NCBI GenBank assembly: GCA_963674735.2
Contig: CAXXQS010000001.1
Location: forward strand, 2,464,001 to 2,528,000
Direction: 5' to 3'
DNA length: 64,000 nucleotides
DNA from: Myxococcota bacterium
Lineage (GTDB): Bacteria; Myxococcota_A; SURF-8
A model generated the notes under the pieces. The model was not told the DNA's origin and made no database searches. It saw only the letters and a program-made list of their open reading frames with translations. Positions 49,185-59,225 of the stretch are shown piece after piece. The translations under genes were made by a program, and so were the position numbers. Position 1 is the stretch's first letter; every line of letters starts with the position of its first letter.

Positions 49185-50117
49185 ATGCCCGGTATCGGTG
49201 TCATCAACAACCCCCGTTCCAAGCAGAATCGCAAACACCCGGAACGAATCAGCAAAATCGGTTATATGCTGGGGTATGAGGGAAAATCCGAATCCACTTG
49301 GACTTTTGAAGCCCTCGACGATGTGCTGATGGAGTTCAAGCGTGAGGATATCGACATTCTCGCAATCAATGGCGGAGATGGATCGAACCATGTGACACTC
49401 ACGCATATGTTGCAGATCTGGGGCGACCACCCATTACCGAAAATCTCCCTTTTGCGGGGGGGCACGCTTAATACAATTTCCGAGGCATGCAAAATCAAGG
49501 GAAGCACCACTTGGCTGCTGTATAACCTGGCCGAAAAATACGGAGCGGGCGAGCCCTTCGAGACCATTCACCGCGACTTGCTACGGATCAACGACCACTA
49601 CGGCTTTCTGTTCGGAAACGGCATCATTGCCAACTTTATGGATACTTATTACGAATCCGGCACACCAAGCCCCAGCCATGGAGCGGCTGTGCTGCTTCGT
49701 GGAGTCGGCTCCGCTATCACAGGTGGTGCCCTGGCGAAAAAATGGACCCGCAAAATCAATGCGCGGGTGGTCATTGACGGCGAAGAAATCTCGGAAACGA
49801 GCTTCACCGCAATCATGGCCGCTACTATCCACGAAATCGGGATCGGTTTCACTCCATGGTATCGCTGCGAAGATGAGCCGGGAACCTTCCATGTTCTCTT
49901 ACTAACCGGAAGCGCCATGGACGTCGCGACCCAAGTCCCCTACATTTACTTCGGCCGAGCCCTTCATCCTAAACTGGGCTGGGATATTGTAGCCAAAGAC
50001 GTCCTTATCGAATCGGAAGAACCTTTTGGTTTTACCATCGATGGCGATATGCATTGGTCTGAAGATGGCCGAATTCACCTGGGAGTCGGTCCTCGCGTGG
50101 AGATCATTCGCAAGTGA
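49185..50117 (+). CDS. Diacylglycerol/sphingosine kinase-family protein
   Basis: NNPRS, GGDGS, GGTLN and IDGD. Confidence 0.88.
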   Translation: MPGIGVINNPRSKQNRKHPERISKIGYMLGYEGKSESTWTFEALDDVLMEFKREDIDILAINGGDGSNHVTLTHMLQIWGDHPLPKISLLRGGTLNTISEACKIKGSTTWLLYNLAEKYGAGEPFETIHRDLLRINDHYGFLFGNGIIANFMDTYYESGTPSPSHGAAVLLRGVGSAITGGALAKKWTRKINARVVIDGEEISETSFTAIMAATIHEIGIGFTPWYRCEDEPGTFHVLLLTGSAMDVATQVPYIYFGRALHPKLGWDIVAKDVLIESEEPFGFTIDGDMHWSEDGRIHLGVGPRVEIIRK

Positions 50118-50902
50118 CAATGCCTAAATCCCACAATCATTCCTACCCATTTGTCACCGGCGGATTCACTCACGTCGGTATGCGACGCGACCACAACGAG
50201 GATGCCTTCTCGATCAATCCCGACCGACGGCTGTTCATCGTCGCCGATGGCATGGGCGGGCACAATTCGGGCGAAATCGCCAGCAAAATGACGATCGAAA
50301 CCATCGACAATTTCTTCAAAGCCCACGAACAGGACGAAGAAATCACCTGGCCCTATAAATATGATCGCCGCCTCAACTTCGCCCAGAACATGTTGAAAGT
50401 GGGCACGATGCTGGCAAATGACCGGGTCTGGGAAACTTCCCAGCGTAACGACCTGTACCATGGAATGGGCACGACCGTCGTCGCCGTCCACCTGGAAAAC
50501 CGGACTGCCCATATCGCCAATGTCGGCGACTCGCGCTGCTACTTGTGCCGCGAAGGAGAAATCAGACAACTGAGCGAGGATCATAGCTTACTCAACGATA
50601 CGCTCAAACGTCAAAAGCTGACCCCTGAAGAGATCAAGAATTTCCCACATAAGAACGTCATCATGCGGGCTTTGGGCATCAAAGATCAGGTCGAAGTAGA
50701 CCTTTTCCAGCATGAAATGCGGAAAGGCGACACCTTGCTGCTGTGTACGGATGGCCTCACCGACATGATCAGCGACCAGCAGATTCTGGATGTGATGTTC
50801 ACCACTCCCGATATCAAGCTGGCGGCCAAGCTTTTAGTACGCGAGGCAAACCATGCCGGCGGTAACGACAATATCACCACGGTCCTGATACAATTACCCT
50901 AA
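50114..50902 (+). CDS. PP2C-family Ser/Thr phosphatase (Stp1-like)
   Basis: RDHNED, VADGMGG, GMGTT, VGDSR, CTDGL and GGNDNIT. Confidence 0.95.
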   Translation: MTMPKSHNHSYPFVTGGFTHVGMRRDHNEDAFSINPDRRLFIVADGMGGHNSGEIASKMTIETIDNFFKAHEQDEEITWPYKYDRRLNFAQNMLKVGTMLANDRVWETSQRNDLYHGMGTTVVAVHLENRTAHIANVGDSRCYLCREGEIRQLSEDHSLLNDTLKRQKLTPEEIKNFPHKNVIMRALGIKDQVEVDLFQHEMRKGDTLLLCTDGLTDMISDQQILDVMFTTPDIKLAAKLLVREANHAGGNDNITTVLIQLP

Positions 50903-50952
50903 AGTTGTTCCGGAAAAATGAATGCTACGGAAAAGCCATTTCGGGAATTTAC

Positions 50953-52032
50953 TCATTCCCCGTTGGCATTCTCGATGATTTGCGTATTGCTTGCGGTGGT
51001 GGGTACACGCAACTTGTGTTTGCGGTTCATCACCATTCCGATCACCTTCTGGCGATTCCCCACCTTGGTTCCGGCGAACACGATCGAGTCACTGACTTGC
51101 GCATTTTTTCCGATTTGGCTGTTATCGCCAATGACGGCATACGGTCCGACCTTGGCATTGTCCCCGATGCGCACGTTGTGCCCGACGATGAACGGCGGAA
51201 TAAACTCGATCGCCGACCCCAATTCCACATTTTCACCTAAACAGGCCAACTCGGCTTTGTCTTTTTCAGGTTTCAAAATGAAATGGGCCAGCGGATCGTA
51301 ATGACGAAAATTGATTCGCCTTTCCAAAAACGCCATGTTCGCCGTATAGTATGTTTCCGGTCGTCCCAGATCGCTCCAAAAGCCGTTCGTGATATAGCCC
51401 ATCACCCGCTCACCATTATCCACCATCTTGGGATAGGCATAGGCGTTGATACAGGTGGTGATATTCGGGGGGACATACTCGAACACACGCGGCGACAAAA
51501 TATGTATACCGGTAAAAACAGTCGGGGTGCGTTCACTTTCACGAACATCATTGATGCGTCCGGCGATATTGCGGATGGCGCATGATTCATCGACTTCCAC
51601 GGCTCCGTAAGTTTGAATGGAAGCATCCCGTGTCAGTACCATGGTTGCCACCGCATCGTGCCGACGATGGAAGTGAATGGCTTCTTCCAAATCGCAATCC
51701 ACCAGGATATCGGCGTTCATCACCACAAAACAGTCTTCACCATCGAAGAAACGTTCCACGTTTTTCAGGCCACCACCGGTTCCCCAGAGTTCGTCTTCAT
51801 GGCTGTAGGTGATGCGGACACCCATGACGGATCCATCACCGAGTTCCTGTTCGATCATCTTGGGCAGATGATAGAGATTGATTACGATATCTTTGCAGCC
51901 ATAGTGTTTGAGAAACTCGATGTTGTAACGGATAACCGGCAAATTCGCGACGGGAAAGAGCGGTTTGGGCAGGCTTTCGGTCAGCGGTAACAACCGTTCG
52001 CCTTTTCCAGCGGCCAGAATCATGGCTTTCAT
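50953..52032 (-). CDS. NDP-sugar pyrophosphorylase with C-terminal left-handed beta-helix (MurU/MPG-like)
   Basis: MKAMILAAGKGERLLPLT..PKPL, GTGGG and hexapeptide repeats. Confidence 0.9.
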   Translation of the reverse strand: MKAMILAAGKGERLLPLTESLPKPLFPVANLPVIRYNIEFLKHYGCKDIVINLYHLPKMIEQELGDGSVMGVRITYSHEDELWGTGGGLKNVERFFDGEDCFVVMNADILVDCDLEEAIHFHRRHDAVATMVLTRDASIQTYGAVEVDESCAIRNIAGRINDVRESERTPTVFTGIHILSPRVFEYVPPNITTCINAYAYPKMVDNGERVMGYITNGFWSDLGRPETYYTANMAFLERRINFRHYDPLAHFILKPEKDKAELACLGENVELGSAIEFIPPFIVGHNVRIGDNAKVGPYAVIGDNSQIGKNAQVSDSIVFAGTKVGNRQKVIGMVMNRKHKLRVPTTASNTQIIENANGE

Positions 52033-53084
52033 AATGACAACCTCGCTTCGTAGCGGCTAAGAAGTTCCGCCAGGTCGTGAAACTCGGGAAGACCTTTCAA
52101 TGCCCAACGGACGTAACTCAAACTATCCGGAATATAACCGAGAAACGACGGATTGTGCTTCACGCGGTCAATGAAAACAAAGCGACCCGCGTCCTTCAGC
52201 TTGCGCTGAACCGTCTGCATTCGAAAACCCATTTTAAAGGCGTCACGGTCGACCGTAATCCCCTTGGCTATTTCCCAGCGGTCGAGGTAGGCATCCACGA
52301 GTTCGTCGACCAGATCCCCTTCAAGAGCGATATACGAGTCACGCAGGAGCGCCACCAAATCATAGGGCCATGGCCCTATCAGCGCATCCTGAAAATCGAT
52401 CAGAGATAAATCGCCCTTGTGAACCATAATGTTCCGACTTTGAAAATCCCGATGCACCAACCCGGTGGGCAACTCCACCAGGAGACGGCAGATACGATCG
52501 AAGTGGACCGTCATCAGTCGGCGATCATCATCCGGAACCGTGATATCATACAAGGCTTCGATACCATATTCAACGTAATGATCGAATTCCCACATCAGCA
52601 AGTCGTAATCGAAACGGCGTGAGAAAGCCAAGCAGTCGGCTTGAACCGATTCACCATGAGTTTGAAACTGCACCAATAAATCCAATGCACGCCGATACCA
52701 GTCCAGCCGGATATCACGACCGGCATCGTGTACCTTCGAAAACAGCTGCACGTCCCCCAAATCTTCGAGAAAAATCAACCCTCGCGATACCGAAGCATGA
52801 AAGATTTTAGGGACGGGGAGCCCTCCTCGATCGAGGAAACGCTGAACGTTGGTGAAGGGAAAATCGGCGGAATCATCACCATTTCCCGCCTCATCGGAAC
52901 GAAAAGCATCGCCGGGGTTGAATCGCATCAAGACCAGGGAGCGCAATTGCGGGTGATTCAGAATATGCAAACGGAAATATTCACGGCTGGACGCATCTCC
53001 GGCCATCTTCTCGATGGAGAAGTGAACACTCTGCTGTCGGGTGATCCGCTGCAGATAAGGTGTCACAGCCCTGCGCAACCGCAT
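52029..53084 (-). CDS. Aminoglycoside-phosphotransferase-fold sugar kinase (AmgK-like)
   Basis: GDASSREYFR, LEDLGD, HRDFQSRN, IDFQDA, YDLVALLRD and QRKLK. Start uncertain. Confidence 0.88.
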   Translation of the reverse strand: MRLRRAVTPYLQRITRQQSVHFSIEKMAGDASSREYFRLHILNHPQLRSLVLMRFNPGDAFRSDEAGNGDDSADFPFTNVQRFLDRGGLPVPKIFHASVSRGLIFLEDLGDVQLFSKVHDAGRDIRLDWYRRALDLLVQFQTHGESVQADCLAFSRRFDYDLLMWEFDHYVEYGIEALYDITVPDDDRRLMTVHFDRICRLLVELPTGLVHRDFQSRNIMVHKGDLSLIDFQDALIGPWPYDLVALLRDSYIALEGDLVDELVDAYLDRWEIAKGITVDRDAFKMGFRMQTVQRKLKDAGRFVFIDRVKHNPSFLGYIPDSLSYVRWALKGLPEFHDLAELLSRYEARLSL

Positions 53085-53232
53085 ATACGCATACCCACTC
53101 GAAATAAGCACGCAAACACGGGAAGCCGGCCTGCGACGCGGCCACGAACCCCGTCGCAGAACCCGGCTACCTATGTTCGTAAAAAAGTGATTTCCGTCGT
53201 CAACCGTTTTCGATAAACGGACCGACAACCAA

Positions 53233-53862
53233 TCAGAACGAAGGAGCATCCAAGCCGGTGGCATCCGCCGTGGCTTCCCAATCGTTGCAATCGATATCGC
53301 TGACGGTTTCGATGCCTTCCGTGTTCTCTTTGGCAATATCCTCGAAGCTCTGCACGTAATCCTCGAAGCCTTGTTCACATGCGGTCACGCAAGGGATTCC
53401 GCCTTCTTTGGCGCACCATTCGGCTGCGGAGGCCTGCCCGGCAACCTGGACGCACTCTACGCATTTGGCACAGAAGCGCAGACAAACGCTGTCTTCCGTC
53501 TGGCCGGTCGCCACCGTAAGACCGAATTCCTCACAGGTATAAGCTTCATCCGTAATCTGCATCTCGGCTGCTTCCTCGGCCGCAACGACATTCTCTTCGA
53601 TATTGACGCCCGGAATCAAACCCGAGCCCTGTTCGCATAATTCCTGGCAGGCACGCCCGGCCTCATCGATAATACAGGTGTAGTCCAGAAGATCCTGAAT
53701 GTAACCTTCACCCGTACCCTGGCAGGTTTCGCACTTGATGCAATAACGGCCACAAGGTGCGCCTTCATCGGCATCGATCAGATCCTCGACGCTGTCACAA
53801 GCCAGAACCATCGCCATCATCGCCACTAAAACCACCACCACAGTCCACATTTTCTTCGTCAT
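53233..53862 (-). CDS. Acidic Cys-rich lipoprotein with two CxxxCxxCxxC modules
   Basis: AAGGAGG RBS, lipobox VLAC, CGRYCIKCETC and CLRFCAKCVEC. Confidence 0.8.
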   Translation of the reverse strand: MTKKMWTVVVVLVAMMAMVLACDSVEDLIDADEGAPCGRYCIKCETCQGTGEGYIQDLLDYTCIIDEAGRACQELCEQGSGLIPGVNIEENVVAAEEAAEMQITDEAYTCEEFGLTVATGQTEDSVCLRFCAKCVECVQVAGQASAAEWCAKEGGIPCVTACEQGFEDYVQSFEDIAKENTEGIETVSDIDCNDWEATADATGLDAPSF

Positions 53863-54052
53863 GAGTCGTCCTCCTTAATGAACGATTGTACTTTCCCCTC
53901 GTTTCGACCTTGTGCCCCATCACTCAGAGGTAGCGATATTCACCACCAAACAAAGTTAAGCAATGGGGATAATGCGAATGCACGATATTGTACGTTATGA
54001 TGAGCGGAAGGCACAAGAAAAAGTCCCCGTAGGCCCTCCGGCTGTTTGCGAC

Positions 54053-55246
54053 CTAAACCAGCTTAACCTGGGCAAAACGCCGCTTACCGCAGCGAATCAA
54101 CCCGTCAAAGCCCTTGGGTAGTTCCGTATCAACGCTATCGACGCGTTGCTCGTCGATTTTGACCGCCCCTTGCTTGACCATACGTCGACCATCGCCATTG
54201 GACTTGACAAAGCCCAAGTCGGTCAGCAGTTTTGGAAGCCAAATTCGATCGCCATCCAATTCAAGAGTCAGTTCCTCGGCGCGTTCCTCGGGCTTGCGAA
54301 AGGCTCGCTGCGCTTCTTCCAACGCGGCGGCCCCGGCATAGCGCGTAACCAATTCCTCGGCCAGCAAGATCTTGATTTCCATCGGATTGCGGCCACCTGC
54401 GACGTCCGCCTTAAAGCGTTCGATCTCATCGAGGGAGCGCTCGGAACACAGATCGTAGTACTTCCACATCAAATCATCCGAAATCGACATGGTTTTCCCA
54501 TAGATATCGGCGGGAGCCTCATCGATTCCGATGTAATTATCCAACGATTTCGACATCTTGTTGACGCCATCCAGCCCTTCGAGCAACGGAACGGTCATCA
54601 CCACCTGGGGTTCGTCCCCGTAAGCTTTCATGATATCGCGACCGACCAGCAGGTTGAAAATCTGGTCGTGGCCCCCCAATTCCACATCCGCTTTCAGCGC
54701 CACGGAGTCGTAGGCCTGCACCAGCGGATAAAGAAACTCGTGAATGGCGATGGAACGGCCATCACGAAAACGGGTGCGAAAATCGTCGCGTTCAAACATA
54801 CGAGCGACGTTGTACTGGGCGGCCAATTCGATCAAACCCACGGCGCTCATGGCGTTCATCCACTCACTATTGAAGCGGACTTCCGTCTTTTGCGGGTCGA
54901 GAATTTTGAACACTTGCTCGCGGTAGGTTTCGGCATTGCTCGCCACTTCCTCCGGAGTCATTTTCGGACGCGTAATTGATTTACCGGTGGGATCCCCGAT
55001 CAAGCCGGTAAAATCACCAATTAGGAAGATTACCTGATGCCCCAAATCCTGAAACTGGCGCATTTTATTTAGTAAAACCGTGTGGCCCAAATGCAGATCG
55101 GGGGCGGTGGGATCGAAACCGGCCTTGATGCGCAGAGGCCGATCCTCATCGATGGCGCGTTTGAGCTTGGTAACCAGTTCTTCTTCGACGTACAGATCCG
55201 ACACACCGCGTTTGAGTTCTTTGAGCTGTTCTTGCACGGAAACCAT
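54053..55246 (-). CDS. tyrS: Tyrosine--tRNA ligase
   Basis: [18 protein letters not shown] and C-terminal S4 domain. GGAGG RBS before ATG 55246. Confidence 0.97.
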   Translation of the reverse strand: MVSVQEQLKELKRGVSDLYVEEELVTKLKRAIDEDRPLRIKAGFDPTAPDLHLGHTVLLNKMRQFQDLGHQVIFLIGDFTGLIGDPTGKSITRPKMTPEEVASNAETYREQVFKILDPQKTEVRFNSEWMNAMSAVGLIELAAQYNVARMFERDDFRTRFRDGRSIAIHEFLYPLVQAYDSVALKADVELGGHDQIFNLLVGRDIMKAYGDEPQVVMTVPLLEGLDGVNKMSKSLDNYIGIDEAPADIYGKTMSISDDLMWKYYDLCSERSLDEIERFKADVAGGRNPMEIKILLAEELVTRYAGAAALEEAQRAFRKPEERAEELTLELDGDRIWLPKLLTDLGFVKSNGDGRRMVKQGAVKIDEQRVDSVDTELPKGFDGLIRCGKRRFAQVKLV

Positions 55247-55247
55247 A

Positions 55248-56033
55248 TCAACCCTCCAATGGGATCGCAAGGCGTTTGATCGATTCGGCACGGCCGGAGG
55301 CGGCATCGACATCGAGAAGAACTCCACACAGCATGGCCCCCCGATTCGCCTGAACGAAAGCGGTGGGACGTCGGTCGAGAAACTGCTTGATAATCGCTTC
55401 TTTACGCATACCGATCACCGAATCGTAAGGACCGGTCATGCCGAGGTCGGTAATGGCAGCCAAGCCTTCCGGCAAAATCCGTTCATCGGCGGTTTGAATA
55501 TGGGTATGTGTCCCGGCCATCAGGCTGGCGCGTCCATCCAGATACCACGCCATCGCCACTTTTTCGCTGGTGGCTTCGGCATGCAGATCCACCAGACGAA
55601 TCTTGATGCTCGGATCGAGTTGATCGAGCAATGCATCCACTTTCTGGAAGGGGCAATCCACCGGAGGCATGAACATGCGTCCGATCAAGTTGATCACGGC
55701 CACCGGCGTTCCATTGGCGGTTTCAACAACCGTTATCCCCCGTCCCGGACAAGGCTCGGGGAAGTTGGCGGGACGCAGAATACGCTTGTCGTCGTCGATG
55801 AAATCGTAGATTTCCTTGTTATGCCAAACATGGTTACCGGTGGTGACGACATGCACCCCCGCGTCCCAAATCACTTTCAAATGCTTGGATGACAGGCCGC
55901 GCCCGCCGCAAAGATTCTCGGCATTGGCCACAACCAGATCCACATCATGCTCGCGGATCAGCCGGGGGACGATCTGCTGGACCGTCCGGCGCCCGGCCTT
56001 ACCGAAAACATCTCCCACCACCAGAATTCGCAT
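55248..56033 (-). CDS. ymdB: YmdB/TIGR00282-family metallophosphoesterase
   Basis: [23 protein letters not shown] and GTHTH. Confidence 0.93.
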   Translation of the reverse strand: MRILVVGDVFGKAGRRTVQQIVPRLIREHDVDLVVANAENLCGGRGLSSKHLKVIWDAGVHVVTTGNHVWHNKEIYDFIDDDKRILRPANFPEPCPGRGITVVETANGTPVAVINLIGRMFMPPVDCPFQKVDALLDQLDPSIKIRLVDLHAEATSEKVAMAWYLDGRASLMAGTHTHIQTADERILPEGLAAITDLGMTGPYDSVIGMRKEAIIKQFLDRRPTAFVQANRGAMLCGVLLDVDAASGRAESIKRLAIPLEG

Positions 56034-56076
56034 ATCGCCTCCCGATCTTCCGTGCACCGGCCGAAGCCTCGTGCCG

Positions 56077-57639
56077 CTAGTTGGCGATACCCGTCGCCCG
56101 TGTTTCACGGATGACCGTCACCCGGATCTGACCGGGGTAGGTCAAATCGGTTTCGATTTTCTTGGCGATGTCCTTAGCCAACATCACCGCGTTGTCATCG
56201 GTGATTTTATTCGATTCGACCATCACACGCACTTCACGACCGGCCTGGATGGCAAACGATTTCTCCACGCCTTTGAAAGATGTGGCGATCCCTTCGAGAT
56301 CCTGTAATCTTTTGACGTAGGATTCCAGAATTTCCCGACGAGCACCAGGACGTGCTCCCGAAAGAGCATCGGCGGCTTGCACGAGTACCGAAAGGACGGT
56401 ATTGGGCTCTTCATCTTCGTGGTGAGCCGTGATGGCATGCACGATTTCATCGGATTCACCGAATTTTTTGGCAAGATTACCACCGATTACCGCATGGGAA
56501 CCTTCCACTTCGTGGGTAACCGCTTTCCCGATATCGTGCAATAAACCGGCACGACGGGCTTGCTTGATCGGCAATCCCAGCTCGCTGGCCATTACCCCGC
56601 AGATGAAACCGACTTCGATCGAGTGAGACCAGACATTCTGGCCGTAACTCGTACGATAGCGCAAGCGTCCAAGGAGCTTGATGATTTCCTGGTGAATGCC
56701 GTGCAAACCGAGATCGAAACTGGCTTGCTGACCGAATTCCTTGATCTGCCCATCCAATTCCTGCTCGCACTTCTCAACGACTTCTTCAATGCGAGCGGGA
56801 TGAATGCGCCCATCGGCAATCAGTTGTTCCAACGCCATCTTGGCCACTTCGCGACGCATGGGATTGAACCCGGAAAGGACTACCGCCTCGGGAGTATCGT
56901 CGATAATCAGATCGATACCGGTCGCGGCTTCCAAAGCCCGAATATTGCGGCCTTCACGGCCGATGATGCGGCCCTTCATATCATCGTTAGGCAAGCCGAC
57001 CACCGAAACGGTCCGTTCGGTGACATACTCACCGGCGTAGCGCTGAATCGCCAACGAAATGATGTTTTTCGCCTTGGCTTCGGCGTGTTCCTGCGCCTCT
57101 TCTTCGAGTTGCTTGATAAGTCTGGCGGCGTCGTGTTTGGCCTCGTCCACCATCGCATCCATCAACTGGCGCTTGGCCTCGTCGCCGGAAAGTCCGGCCA
57201 CTCGTTCGAGAACCTGGCGTTGCTCGCCGATCATTTCGTCAAGTTTGGTGCTCTTGGTTTCGAGAGCTTTCCGATCACCTTCGAGTCTTCTATCAAGCTT
57301 ACGAAGATCTTCCTCTTTGTCGTCGAGGTAATTGGTCTTCTTGCTGATATTTTCTTCTTTCTGGAACAGATGCTTTTCCAGCTTGGAAAGCTCGACTTTG
57401 CGGGCCTTGATTTCGTCGTCCGCTTCCTGTTTGGCTTGAATCCGGACCTCTTTCGCTTTCAGCTCGGCATCTTTCAACTGACGCTCGGCCGTCCGTTGCG
57501 CTTCCAGACGAATCCGCTCGGCTTCTTCACGGGCATTGCCCAGCCGGTTATTTTGGATCATCCGAAAAACGAACACCCCGATGACAGCTCCGATGGCCGC
57601 CGCGATAAAAGCGATCACCATTCCACTGATCGCATCCAC
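56077..57639 (-). CDS. rny: Ribonuclease Y
   Basis: N-terminal TM, coiled coil, KH domain [15 protein letters not shown] domain LLHDIGK and ARPGAR. Confidence 0.97.
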   Translation of the reverse strand: MDAISGMVIAFIAAAIGAVIGVFVFRMIQNNRLGNAREEAERIRLEAQRTAERQLKDAELKAKEVRIQAKQEADDEIKARKVELSKLEKHLFQKEENISKKTNYLDDKEEDLRKLDRRLEGDRKALETKSTKLDEMIGEQRQVLERVAGLSGDEAKRQLMDAMVDEAKHDAARLIKQLEEEAQEHAEAKAKNIISLAIQRYAGEYVTERTVSVVGLPNDDMKGRIIGREGRNIRALEAATGIDLIIDDTPEAVVLSGFNPMRREVAKMALEQLIADGRIHPARIEEVVEKCEQELDGQIKEFGQQASFDLGLHGIHQEIIKLLGRLRYRTSYGQNVWSHSIEVGFICGVMASELGLPIKQARRAGLLHDIGKAVTHEVEGSHAVIGGNLAKKFGESDEIVHAITAHHEDEEPNTVLSVLVQAADALSGARPGARREILESYVKRLQDLEGIATSFKGVEKSFAIQAGREVRVMVESNKITDDNAVMLAKDIAKKIETDLTYPGQIRVTVIRETRATGIAN

Positions 57640-57730
57640 GTTGATCTCCTTTGCTTTTAGGGTTAACCCGGCGACCTAAGAGAAGGGCGCGCGGGGGAAT
57701 TTCCCACTATATCCGACAAGTTGTAGAGGA

Positions 57731-57908
57731 TTGGACAGACAGGTACGGCCAGGGGACGCCGCCTCAACGGAAAGAGCAGGCGCTTTATGGAACCGCCCAC
57801 ACGTTTACGAGTGGCGGGTCGTGCATCTATTGACCATCCGGCGAAATCAGCCGCCGTGAAAACAGGTCTTCATCGAACTTCACGACCGTACAAGGTCTCT
57901 ATGTCCAA
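57731..57908 (-). ncRNA. ssrS: 6S RNA
   Basis: 178 nt immediately downstream of zapA, the established ssrS position. Ends are complementary (ttggaca...gtacggtc / ggccgtac...tgtccaa). Confidence 0.75.
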
Positions 57909-57924
57909 ACCGCCATTCGGCGAA

Positions 57925-58248
57925 TTACGTCATATCGCCTGGTGTGTCTGGCAGTTTCTCTAGGATGTGATCCAATTCCTGCAAGGTGTCATCCACCGTT
58001 TGCTGCATTTTCTCCCGTTCGGAGCGCCAAGCACTCTTCACTTTGAAATACTCATCGACCACATCCAGCGCTGCCAGCAACAACGCTTGTTGGGGCGAGC
58101 GATTCGCCCGTCCACCTTTGACAAAGGCGATCTTGTCATTCAGGTAATCTGCAATACGCGCCATATACTCGGCATCATAGTGGGACGCGATCCGGTATGT
58201 TTGGCCCGCAATATCGAGTTCCACCGGTTGCCTGCGCTTCGTCGTCAC
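57925..58248 (-). CDS. zapA: Cell division protein ZapA
   Basis: IAGQTYRI...IADYLNDKI...LLAALDVVDEY plus coiled coil. Confidence 0.9.
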   Translation of the reverse strand: MTTKRRQPVELDIAGQTYRIASHYDAEYMARIADYLNDKIAFVKGGRANRSPQQALLLAALDVVDEYFKVKSAWRSEREKMQQTVDDTLQELDHILEKLPDTPGDMT

Positions 58249-58414
58249 GTTATCTAGTCCTAATCTCTCCTAAAAATGCTTTATTTTCCAATAACTTGGA
58301 GATTATGGAATCGCCGGGGATAAAAGTCAAGGATTTTTGAAGGATGCAAGGGGTTTTCACTTAGGTATTTCAAGCAGCGCTTCAGCATTTCAGTAAAAAA
58401 GCAAACCAACCGGT

Positions 58415-59185
58415 TTAGCCAGGCAGGGTATCCGCCACCCAGTTCACGATGGTGTCAATAGCGGTTTGGCGATGAATCGTGTCGGAAAAGCGGTGATCGG
58501 CACCTTCCACCCATTTTACGGTCGTCGGACCGGGGTGGGCGGTCTCCAGTTCGGAAATCTGACGGTAATCGATCAATTCATCATGAGTTCCATGCACATA
58601 GAGGACTGGGCCATGAAAGCGTGCTATCGCCTTCGGGATATCATACTGACGACCATCCTCGACGATATCGAAGGCCACTTTACGGCCTTGGAATTTGTAA
58701 TACCCCTGGGAACGCCACATTTCGCGCTGCTCGTCGCGCATGGCACGCCAAATCATGCCGGTACGCACGATGGAAGCCATCAAGGCCAAACCGATGATAT
58801 CCGAGCGGCCCGCCTCGGCATAGCGCGCCGCCATCAGCATCGAAATACCGGCTCCCATACTGGAACCGCAAAGAAGAAAACGCACCGCACCTTGCCGCTT
58901 CAACAGATCCATGGCGCAACTCAGATCATCGAGGCCATTGGAGTAGGTAATCAGTTCCTCATGACCTTCCGACTCTCCCTGGCCCGAGTAATCGAACCGA
59001 AAGGTCGGGATACCTCGTTCGACCAACCGTTCGGACAGCCGGATGTGTTTGCGACTGGCTTTGTTGGAAAGCATACCGTGGTTCAGGATCGCATAAAACG
59101 GCGCATGCGGTCCTTTGGGAATCTGCAAAGCGCCTGATAGTTGCAAACCTCTTGAATTCTTGAACGATAACGCCGTTTCGTGCAT
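58415..59185 (-). CDS. Alpha/beta-fold hydrolase
   Basis: HG, RFDYSGQGES, GSSMG nucleophile, HGTHD and GADH. Confidence 0.9.
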   Translation of the reverse strand: MHETALSFKNSRGLQLSGALQIPKGPHAPFYAILNHGMLSNKASRKHIRLSERLVERGIPTFRFDYSGQGESEGHEELITYSNGLDDLSCAMDLLKRQGAVRFLLCGSSMGAGISMLMAARYAEAGRSDIIGLALMASIVRTGMIWRAMRDEQREMWRSQGYYKFQGRKVAFDIVEDGRQYDIPKAIARFHGPVLYVHGTHDELIDYRQISELETAHPGPTTVKWVEGADHRFSDTIHRQTAIDTIVNWVADTLPG

Positions 59186-59225
59186 GAGAAGCACCCTCGA
59201 TAATCAAGCCACCTGGTTCAGACTG

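Noticed and set aside
53085-53378. N-terminal extension of the AmgK-like ORF
   Set aside because: It overlaps the upstream lipoprotein gene in another frame and looks non-coding.
56560-57660. 366-aa plus-strand ORF opposite rny
   Set aside because: Antisense shadow with no recognisable domain.
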